Made by a program: the position numbers and the translations under genes. A stretch of 64,000 bases of DNA from Brevundimonas sp. (lineage in GTDB: Bacteria; Pseudomonadota; Alphaproteobacteria; Caulobacterales; Caulobacteraceae): contig NZ_OZ257124.1 of assembly GCF_965278935.1 (NCBI RefSeq), positions 1,831,302-1,895,301 of the forward strand. Direction: 5' to 3'. This document shows positions 57,090 through 64,000 of the stretch, one piece after another. The notes below the pieces were generated by a model that did not search any database, was not told the origin of the DNA, and saw nothing but the letters and a program-made list of their open reading frames with translations. Position 1 is the stretch's first letter. Every line of letters starts with the position of its first letter.

Positions 57090-57831
57090 CTTCGGACCCC
57101 GGACCCGGCTGGATCATCTGATGGTCTCCCGTGGTCTGGTCGAAAGCCGGTCGCGGGCCAAGGCGGCGATCGAGGCCGGCGGCGTGACCGTCGACGGCCA
57201 GCCCGCGCGCGCCGCCTCGCAGGGGGTGGGCGAGGATGCGGTCGTTACCGTCGTGGAAGCGCACGGCTGGGTTGGGCGCGCGGCACTGAAGCTGGATCAC
57301 GCCCTGACCCTGTGGCCTGTGCAGGTCAAAGGTCGGGTGGTGCTGGACGTCGGCGCCTCGACCGGCGGGTTCACCGAGGTCTGTCTGGCGCGCGGGGCGA
57401 CGAAGGTGTTCGCCGTCGACGTCGGTCAGGGCCAGATGCATCCGAAGGTCTCGGGCGATCCTCTCGTGGTCAATCTGGAGAAGACCGACGCCCGGATTCT
57501 GGACAGTGATCTGATCCCGGAAATGCCTGGCCTGATCGTCTGCGACGCCAGCTTCATCGGTCTGGCCAAGGTGCTGCCCGCCGCTCTGAAACTCGCGGCC
57601 GAAGACGCCGACCTGATCGCCCTGGTCAAACCCCAGTTCGAGGGCGACGGACCCAAGGACGCCGGCAAGAAAGGCGTGGTCAAGGATCCGCAGGCGCATC
57701 TCGACGCCGTCCGTCGTGTCTCGGACTGGCTCAAGATGGTCGGCTGGACCGTTAGGGCCACAGCCGAAAGTCCGATCACCGGTGGCGACGGCAATATCGA
57801 ATTCCTGCTCTGGGCCCGCCGGGCCGCCTAG
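57082..57831 (+). CDS. tlyA: TlyA-family rRNA methyltransferase
   Basis: S4 'RLD..MV.RGL..SR..A', '[11 protein letters not shown]', 'DASFI', 'ALVKPQFE', '[11 protein letters not shown]'. Confidence 0.93.
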   Translation: MADFGPRTRLDHLMVSRGLVESRSRAKAAIEAGGVTVDGQPARAASQGVGEDAVVTVVEAHGWVGRAALKLDHALTLWPVQVKGRVVLDVGASTGGFTEVCLARGATKVFAVDVGQGQMHPKVSGDPLVVNLEKTDARILDSDLIPEMPGLIVCDASFIGLAKVLPAALKLAAEDADLIALVKPQFEGDGPKDAGKKGVVKDPQAHLDAVRRVSDWLKMVGWTVRATAESPITGGDGNIEFLLWARRAA

Positions 57832-57894
57832 AGACCCGACCCGTCGCTCAAGCAGTGAGCGACCGCGTCGCGAGCGTTAGCAACCATTCAACAC

Positions 57895-57929
57895 AAAGAG
57901 AAACCGCCGGTGGATTGCTCCACCGGCGG
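57895..57929 (-). terminator. Intrinsic terminator for the glycine-zipper gene
   Basis: CCGCCGGTGGA / TCCACCGGCGG stem with a T-rich tail on the minus strand (AAAGAGAAA on +). Confidence 0.8.
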
Positions 57930-57989
57930 CCCGTCACGACGTCGATCGACAGGGGGGCTGAAAAATATCGACGCCGCGAACCTGGTCGA

Positions 57990-58547
57990 TCAGCGCGGCA
58001 GCCAGCCGCGGCGCGGATCGAAATAGTAGTGTCCGTCAGCCGAGACCTCGTAGCCGTTCTCGTAGCGGCGGCTGTCCCGACGGTCGTCGCGACGGTAGTC
58101 CTGACGGTCGTCGCGGTAGCCACGATCGTCATAGCGGTTCGAGGCGTAGGCCCGATCGTTGTAGCGATCGTTCGAGCTGTAATAGGTCGGGGCCTGCGAA
58201 TAGCGGCTGTCCGAACGGCAGTTGTCGTTCGAGGAGCGGCCGACCTGGGCGCCGACGATGGCGCCGAGAACGCCACCGATGATCGAGCCTTCGGTGCGGT
58301 TGCCGCGACCCGAAACCTGCGAGCCGGCGACGGCGCCGACGCCTGCGCCGATCAGGGCGCCCGCACCGGTCCGGCCCTGGCCGTAGGTCTGGCAACGGTC
58401 CTGATAGCGGTCGTTGTAGGACTGGCTGTAGCCCTGGTTGTAGTTGCTGCCGTATCCGTAGGACTGGGCCGAGGCGGCGGCGGGAACGAGGGTCGCGGCG
58501 GCGGCGAGGGCGGCAGCGACGACGGCGGACTTCACGAAGGCGGTCAT
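57990..58547 (-). CDS. Secreted glycine-zipper 2TM protein with D/R/Y-rich tail
   Basis: Signal peptide, 'GALIGAGVGAVAGSQV..EGSIIGGVLGAIVG.QVG' zipper, low-complexity C-terminus. Confidence 0.88.
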   Translation of the reverse strand: MTAFVKSAVVAAALAAAATLVPAAASAQSYGYGSNYNQGYSQSYNDRYQDRCQTYGQGRTGAGALIGAGVGAVAGSQVSGRGNRTEGSIIGGVLGAIVGAQVGRSSNDNCRSDSRYSQAPTYYSSNDRYNDRAYASNRYDDRGYRDDRQDYRRDDRRDSRRYENGYEVSADGHYYFDPRRGWLPR

Positions 58548-58684
58548 TTGAGAGAACCCCTGTTCGGCGCCGGGGAGGTCCGGCGTCTTGTTGGATCCAC
58601 GTATGGGCCACCGAACCTGAACGCGTTTTGAGCGGGTCGTTCATCTTCGTTCAGGTTTCGGATTGCCTTGAGACCTCTTTCGCT

Positions 58685-58735
58685 GGGCCTGATCTGATCG
58701 GAAAACCGCTCACACTTTTCCGGATCAGGCCCTAG
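58685..58735. repeat. Palindromic intergenic element resembling one arm of the alphaproteobacterial CIR/BruRS-type repeats
   Basis: GGGCCTGATC..CGGAAAA-ccgctcacac-TTTTCCG-GATCAGGCCC-TAG; the GAAAACCG...CACTTTTCCGGATC...CTAG core matches my recollection of these repeats. Confidence 0.6.
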
Positions 58736-58744
58736 AAGCCGCCG

Positions 58745-59989
58745 ATGACCATGACGCTGAAGATCGCCCATGTGGCCGGGCAGGGGGACGGCGTGGCCCA
58801 TACGCCCGCCGGGCCGGTGTTCGCGCCCCTGACCCTGCCGGGCGAGACGGTGCGCGGCGAGGTCGTCGACGGGCGGATGGAGACGCCCGAGATCCTCGAG
58901 GCCAGCCCCGCCAGGATCGCGCCGGTGTCGCCGCAGTATGGCGACTGCGGCGGGTGTTCGCTGCAGCACTGGGCCAGCGGGCCCTATCTGGACTGGAAGC
59001 GGGATCTCGTCGTGTCGACCCTGGCGCGCGAGCGGATCGAGACGGAGGTCGAGGCGACGGTGGCGGTGCCGCCGGGAACGCGGCGGCGACTGGCCCTGCA
59101 TGCGCGGCGGCTGGAGGACGGGCGGGTCGTGCTCGGGTTCAAGGCGCGGAAGTCGTGGCGGCTGGTGGAGGTGTCGAGCTGTCCGGTGGCCGATCCCCGG
59201 CTGGTGGCGATGTTTCCGGCGCTGGCCAAGGTGGCGGCGGCGTTTCTTGAGCATCCGAAGTCGGCGCCGACCCTGCATGTGACCTGGACTCTGGATGGGC
59301 TGGACATCGACGTGACCGGCGTGGAGCGGAAGTCGGGAGGACTGTCGGCGGACCGGCAGATGCAGGCGATCCGGGCGGCGCGGGAGGCGGACGTCGCGCG
59401 GCTCAGCATGGCCGGCGAGACCCTGATGATGGCGCGTCAGCCCCGGGTTCAGTTCGGGCCGGCGACCGTGCCCCTGCCGGCGGGCGGTTTCCTGCAGGCG
59501 GTGCCGGAGGCGGAGGCGGCGATGGTGCAGCGGGCCGTGGCCGCGGTGAAGGGGGCGAAGAAGGTGGCGGACCTGTTCTGCGGGACCGGGACCTTCACCT
59601 TCCCGCTGGCGACGGTGGCCAGTGTCATCGCGGCGGACGCCTCGGCGGCGGGGATCGCGGCGCTGAAACAGGGAATCGGCTCGGCGAAGGGGATGAAGCA
59701 GATCACGGCCGAGGCGCGCGACCTGTTCCGGCGGCCGCTGTCGCCCTACGATCTCAAGGGCTGCGAGGCCATCGTGTTCGACCCCCCGCGTGCCGGGGCC
59801 ATCGATCAGACGGCCCAGATCAAGGATACGAAGGCGTCGGTCGTGGTGGGGGTGTCGTGCAATCCCCAGACATTCGCCCGGGACGCCCGGGTCCTGATCG
59901 ACGCCGGGTTTCGGCTCGAGACGGTGACGCCGGTGGACCAGTTCCTGTGGTCGGCCCACGTCGAGCTGGTCGGCGTGTTCCGGCGCTAG
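58745..59989 (+). CDS. RlmD/RumA-like 23S rRNA (uracil-5)-methyltransferase
   Basis: TRAM-like N-terminus, 'CGGCSLQH', 'FLQA', 'ADLFCGTGTF', 'DPPRAG', 'VSCNPQTFARD'. Confidence 0.9.
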   Translation: MTMTLKIAHVAGQGDGVAHTPAGPVFAPLTLPGETVRGEVVDGRMETPEILEASPARIAPVSPQYGDCGGCSLQHWASGPYLDWKRDLVVSTLARERIETEVEATVAVPPGTRRRLALHARRLEDGRVVLGFKARKSWRLVEVSSCPVADPRLVAMFPALAKVAAAFLEHPKSAPTLHVTWTLDGLDIDVTGVERKSGGLSADRQMQAIRAAREADVARLSMAGETLMMARQPRVQFGPATVPLPAGGFLQAVPEAEAAMVQRAVAAVKGAKKVADLFCGTGTFTFPLATVASVIAADASAAGIAALKQGIGSAKGMKQITAEARDLFRRPLSPYDLKGCEAIVFDPPRAGAIDQTAQIKDTKASVVVGVSCNPQTFARDARVLIDAGFRLETVTPVDQFLWSAHVELVGVFRR

Positions 59990-61131
59990 GCGGCTTTCGC
60001 AGAGGCGGCGGCGGTTCCGACCAGCGGCTCGAACAGGTAGCGGGCCAGGTGGCGGGCGACGGGGACGACCACGCCGTCGCCGGTCAGGTGGTAGGCGTCG
60101 GTGTAGCTGCGGGGCAGGACATAGGTGTCGGGCAGGCCCATCAGGCGGGCGGTCTCGCGGGCCGAGATCAGGCGCGAGCGGATTCGGGGACCGTCGATGA
60201 CCAGGATGGTCTGGCGGCTGGAGCCTCCCGACGGGGTGCGCAGGCAGCCGGCGACGTCGTCGAAGCGGACCTCGGCGCGCTGGGCTTTCTGGCCAGCTGA
60301 GTCGGTGCGGGTGCGGCGGTAGACGCCGCCGACCATCCGGCGACCGGCGCGCTGAGCGGCCTGGACCTTGGCGCGGTTGACCGGGGACATCAGCGACAGG
60401 AGGCGGTCGGTTTCGGCAGGGGTATGCCAGGCGACGCTGTCGGGGGCATCCTCGATCAGGTCGGCGAAGGTCGAGGCGCGGCGCTCGGGCGAGGGCAGGT
60501 TCCACCACAGAGCAGAGGCGCGCAGGTCGTCGGGCAGACGGTCCGTGGCGCGGACGACGGCCGGCGTGTGGAAGGGAGCGATCGGGCCGGGCGAGGTCAG
60601 GCCCTCGGGGATGTCGGCGGCGGTCTGGATGCCGACGACGAAAAGGCGCGGGCGGGACTGGGGCACGAACCGATCGGCGTTGATGACCAGGGCGCCGAAG
60701 CGATAGCCGGCCTCAGCGAAGGTCCGGCACATGGCCTCTAAGTCGGCGCCGCCGCGCGAAGTCAGGGCGCCGCAGACGTTCTCGACGGCGACGAGGCGGG
60801 GCGCGCGGCCCTCGGCGGCGAGGCCGCGAACGAGATCCCAGAAGGCGTAGAAGGTCCCGGAGCGCTCTCCGGCGAGGCCCGCGCCGTGGCCGGCGAGGGA
60901 CAGGTCCTGGCAGGGAAAGCTGCCCCAGACGAGGTCGGGGCGGCCGGGGAGGGCTGCTGCGTCGAGGGCGCGGATGTCGCCGACGGTCAGTTCCCCGCCC
61001 GTGCCCCAATTGGCCTGATAGGTCAGGCCCTTGCGGGCGTCGAAATCGTTGGCGAACAGGCAGTCCCACCCCGCGCCGAGGCCGGCGCGGACCATGCCGC
61101 CGCCGGCGAAGAACTCGTAGAAGCCGGGCAT
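59986..61131 (-). CDS. Solitary DNA (cytosine-5) methyltransferase
   Basis: Motif I 'FFAGGG', IV 'GSFPCQDLS', VI 'ENV', VIII 'QSRPRLF', X 'GDGV'; no adjacent endonuclease. Confidence 0.93.
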   Translation of the reverse strand: MPGFYEFFAGGGMVRAGLGAGWDCLFANDFDARKGLTYQANWGTGGELTVGDIRALDAAALPGRPDLVWGSFPCQDLSLAGHGAGLAGERSGTFYAFWDLVRGLAAEGRAPRLVAVENVCGALTSRGGADLEAMCRTFAEAGYRFGALVINADRFVPQSRPRLFVVGIQTAADIPEGLTSPGPIAPFHTPAVVRATDRLPDDLRASALWWNLPSPERRASTFADLIEDAPDSVAWHTPAETDRLLSLMSPVNRAKVQAAQRAGRRMVGGVYRRTRTDSAGQKAQRAEVRFDDVAGCLRTPSGGSSRQTILVIDGPRIRSRLISARETARLMGLPDTYVLPRSYTDAYHLTGDGVVVPVARHLARYLFEPLVGTAAASAKAA

Positions 61132-61155
61132 GGCGGTCAGGATCGACGGAAGAGG

Positions 61156-61231
61156 GAATCGCGCATGGGGTCAGGGTGCCGGTGCGGGCGAGTCGGGTCC
61201 ATTGGACCTTGGACTCGGAAAAACCGAGTCC
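61156..61231. promoter_or_regulatory. GANTC (CcrM-type) site cluster and dyad upstream of the C5 methyltransferase
   Basis: GAATC 61156, GAGTC 61190, GACTC 61212, GAGTC 61226; the last two lie in GGACTCGG-AAAAA-CCGAGTCC. Confidence 0.55.
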
Positions 61232-61404
61232 ACTGAGTGCAATTCAGAGGATGTCGTTCTGATACAGGTCGTTGAGACGATCTTTTGTGGAGAAGCCTGA
61301 TGTCCTGCCGGCGGGAGAGTCCATTTTGGCGTGCTGGTGTGCAGCGCGCCGCCGGGTCCCCCGGTCTGCGGCGCGAAGAGCGCCTTGTCGGGGGATGACG
61401 AAAG

Positions 61405-62481
61405 TCAGCCGAACAGCTCCAGCTGCGCGCGCGCGTCCGCCGGGACCCGGAACTTCGTCACATCGAGATCGTGCCTGGGCCCGTCGAGCCCGTAGCGCTT
61501 CACAGCCGCCTTGAAGCGGGCGGAGATCAGGTCGGCGACGGGGCCGGTCCCCTTCATGCGCTGGGACCAGTCGGCGTCGTAGTCCTTGCCGCCGCGGGTC
61601 TGGCGGACGAGGGACATGACACGGGCGGCGCGATCCGGGCGGGCGTCGGCCAGCCACTCGGCGAAGAGGGTCTTGATCTCCAGCGGCAGGCGCAAGGTGA
61701 CGTACATGGCCGTGGTGGCGCCGGCCTTCGCGGCGGCTTCGAGCACGGCCTCCAGCTCATGATCGTTGAGGCCGGGGATGACGGGAGCGAACCCGACGCC
61801 GACGGGGACGCCCGCATCGGCCAGGCGCTTCACCGCATCGAGGCGGCGCGCGGGCGTCGCGGCGCGAGGCTCCATGGTGCGGGCGAGATCGCGATCCAGC
61901 GTCGTGATCGAGACGAAGGCGCTGGCCAGACCGTCGCGGCCCATCGGGCCCAGGATATCCACATCGCGGGTGATCAGATTCGATTTGGTGATGATGGAAA
62001 AGGGCTGGTTGAACCGTTGCAGGACCTCCAGCAGGCCGCGCGTGATCTTCTGCGTGCGCTCGACCGGTTGATAGGGATCGGTGTTGCCGCCTATGTGGAT
62101 GCGTTTGCAGACGTACCGGCGCGCGGCGAGTTCCTGTTCCAGGAGACGCGGCCCTTCTGGCTTGAAGAAGAGCCGGCTCTCGAAATCCAGGCCCGGGGAT
62201 AGGCCCATCCAGGCATGGGATGGACGGGCGTAGCAGTAGATGCAGCCATGTTCGCAGCCTTTGTAGGGGTTGATCGAGCGGTCGAAACCGATGTCGGGAC
62301 TGGTGTTGGTGGTGATGATCTTGCGGGCGTGTTCGGGCGTCAGGGTGGTCCGGAGCGGCTCCGGCGCCGCGTCATCCGCGGTCCAGCCGTCGTCGAAATC
62401 CTCGTGCACGACGGGTTCGAACCGACCGGAAGCGTTGGTGCGTGCGCCGCGTCCTTTCTTCAGCTGGGGAGCGGGAGACAT
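61405..62481 (-). CDS. PA0069/SplB-like radical SAM DNA-repair protein
   Basis: 'GRGA..N.SGRF', 'SINPYKGCEHGCIYCYAR' CxxxCxxC, 'NTDPYQP', 'RTMEPRA.TP..RL'. Confidence 0.93.
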   Translation of the reverse strand: MSPAPQLKKGRGARTNASGRFEPVVHEDFDDGWTADDAAPEPLRTTLTPEHARKIITTNTSPDIGFDRSINPYKGCEHGCIYCYARPSHAWMGLSPGLDFESRLFFKPEGPRLLEQELAARRYVCKRIHIGGNTDPYQPVERTQKITRGLLEVLQRFNQPFSIITKSNLITRDVDILGPMGRDGLASAFVSITTLDRDLARTMEPRAATPARRLDAVKRLADAGVPVGVGFAPVIPGLNDHELEAVLEAAAKAGATTAMYVTLRLPLEIKTLFAEWLADARPDRAARVMSLVRQTRGGKDYDADWSQRMKGTGPVADLISARFKAAVKRYGLDGPRHDLDVTKFRVPADARAQLELFG

Positions 62482-62494
62482 GAGAGGAAGTTAT

Positions 62495-62520
62495 GTTCCG
62501 CGTTGGAACAAAGCAAGAAC
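62495..62520 (-). promoter_or_regulatory. Alphaproteobacterial LexA (SOS) box
   Basis: GAAC-AAAGCAA-GAAC (62506-62520), i.e. GTTC-N7-GTTC on the coding strand, preceded by GTTC-N7 (62495-62505); 14-39 nt upstream of the radical SAM ATG. Confidence 0.85.
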
Positions 62521-62559
62521 AAAAGAGCGGGATGGGACCCGCAAGACAGGCCGTCCGGA

Positions 62560-63609
62560 TCAGGCGGCCTGCATCTCTTCGAGCAGGGTTGCGACAAGTT
62601 CGGACGCAGGACGGACGCGGGCCAAGGGCGCCCCCTGTCCGGCCCATTGGGCGGAGAAGCCCATTTCTCCGGCCGCCCGGGCGGCGGCGTTAAGCGCCTT
62701 TCCGGCGTCGTAGGCGACGGGGTAATCCGGGACGGTCGCGGTCAGGGTCCGGCCAAGGGCAGTGAAGCGGTTGGGCAGGGAGCGGGCGACACGGCCGGAA
62801 ATGGCGGCGGTCATTTCGGTGTGGGCGGCCGCGTCGCTGAGGAACAGGGCGCGATAGTCGGCGTCGGCGGCGCTCTCGGGGCAGGCGATGAAGGCGGTGC
62901 CGAGCTGGGCCGCCACGGCGCCCAGATCGAGGACCGCACGGATGCTGCGTCCGTCCATGATGCCGCCCGCTGCGATGACAGGCAGGCCGGCGTTGCGGAC
63001 GAGCACGCGGGTGAGGGCGGCCATGCCAAGCCTCCTGTCCTCGGCTTGGGGGCCGAAAGCGCCGCGATGGCCGCCGGCCTCCCAGCCCTGAGCCACAACG
63101 GCGTCCATGCCCGCCGCCAAACAAGCGCGGGCCTCCTTGAGAGTGGTGGCTGTGGCGAGAAGGATGGACCCAGCCTGTCTCAGGGCGACGACCTGATCCG
63201 GGCGGGGCAGGCCGAAGTGGAAGCTGACCACCGGCGGGGCGGCGACGAGGAGGGCGGCGAACATCGCCTCGTCGTCGAGGAAGCTGGCGTAGGCGGGCTT
63301 CAGGGCTGTCGGCGGCTCGCAGCCGAAGGATCGGAAGGTCGGGGCCAGGGCATCGAGCCAGCCCGCCTCGATCGCAGCGTCGCGTCGGGGCGTGGCGTGG
63401 ACGAACATGTTCACATTGAAGGGGCGGTCGGTAAGGGACCGAACCTCGCGGATCATGGCGGTCGCGCCTGCCGCGTCGACGGCGCCGACGGCGATCGAGC
63501 CGAGCGCACCGGCCTGGGAGACGCGGGCGGCCAGCAACGGGGTCGAGGTTCCGGCCATCGGGGCCTGGATGATGGGCGTCGCGACGCCGAGGCGCTCGAG
63601 GAAGGTCAT
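62560..63609 (-). CDS. Nitronate monooxygenase family flavoprotein
   Basis: 'PIIQAPMAG', 'RPFNVN', 'VSFHFG', 'AQGWEAGGHRG', 'IAAGGIMDG', 'WAGQG'. Confidence 0.92.
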   Translation of the reverse strand: MTFLERLGVATPIIQAPMAGTSTPLLAARVSQAGALGSIAVGAVDAAGATAMIREVRSLTDRPFNVNMFVHATPRRDAAIEAGWLDALAPTFRSFGCEPPTALKPAYASFLDDEAMFAALLVAAPPVVSFHFGLPRPDQVVALRQAGSILLATATTLKEARACLAAGMDAVVAQGWEAGGHRGAFGPQAEDRRLGMAALTRVLVRNAGLPVIAAGGIMDGRSIRAVLDLGAVAAQLGTAFIACPESAADADYRALFLSDAAAHTEMTAAISGRVARSLPNRFTALGRTLTATVPDYPVAYDAGKALNAAARAAGEMGFSAQWAGQGAPLARVRPASELVATLLEEMQAA

Positions 63610-63697
63610 CAGGTTCAGTTGGGGGTGCAGCCGTCCGATTTCACTATCCGGCGTTCGCCCTTCGCGCGATAATCGCCGTCATCGCAGGGGACCCATC

Positions 63698-64000
63698 ATG
63701 ACCGCACTCATCGTCATCGGCGTTATCGTCGTCATCCTGATCTTCGTGGTCATGGGGAGCTACAACAAGCTGGTCGCTCTGGACCAGAAGGCGGACCAGT
63801 CGTTCGCCGACATCGACGTGCAGCTGAAGCAGCGCAACGACCTGATCCCCAACCTGGTCGAGACGGTGAAGGGCTATGCCACCCACGAGCAGGAAACCCT
63901 GAACGCCGTGACCCAGGCGCGCGCCGCCGCCGCCGGGGCCACCACGGTCGACGACAAGGTGACCGCCGACAACATGCTGACCGGCGCCCTGGGCAAGTTG
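63698..64000 (+). CDS. lemA: LemA family protein, 5' part (runs off window end)
   Basis: MTALIVIGVIVVILIFVVMGSYNKLV..., 'DIDVQLKQRNDLIPNLVETVKGYATHE'. Confidence 0.93.
   Translation, partial: MTALIVIGVIVVILIFVVMGSYNKLVALDQKADQSFADIDVQLKQRNDLIPNLVETVKGYATHEQETLNAVTQARAAAAGATTVDDKVTADNMLTGALGKL

Noticed and set aside
61244-61324. 26-codon minus-strand ORF MDSPAGRTSGFSTKDRLNDLYQNDIL upstream of the methyltransferase
   Set aside because: No RBS or recognisable feature; more simply explained as promoter/UTR sequence.

Overview
GC-rich alphaproteobacterial chromosome segment, most likely Caulobacteraceae (Brevundimonas-like). The assignment rests on popZ, lpxI, ATP12, the GAAC-N7-GAAC LexA box and gene order. 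It is mostly core genome: rseP-bamA-skp-lpxD-fabZ-lpxA-lpxI-lpxB; carboxy(nor)spermidine dehydrogenase/decarboxylase; degQ-rarA...crcB-rluC-HAD-ATP12; parC; panB-yfgM-bamB-der; purF-cvpA-radA-alr; gltX; tRNA-Asn and tRNA-Cys; pcm-tolC-popZ-valS-tlyA; an RlmD-like methyltransferase, a solitary C5 DNA methyltransferase, an SOS-boxed radical SAM gene and the start of lemA. No integrase, transposase, prophage or CRISPR array was seen. Points of most interest: (1) two paralogous three-gene ECF sigma modules, each preceded by a matching GCATCY-N17-C(G/C)(A/T)CT promoter-like motif; (2) a 113-aa ribbon-helix-helix / membrane helix / EF-hand protein; (3) two 38-aa membrane-peptide ORFs below the ORF track cutoff, one divergent from a LysR gene; (4) a 1-nt deletion splitting fabZ; (5) an acidic insertion with atypical codon usage in valS; (6) a GANTC cluster upstream of the solitary methyltransferase; (7) a nested palindromic intergenic element after the ArsC-like gene. 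Family names come from motif recognition by eye; no database search was run.
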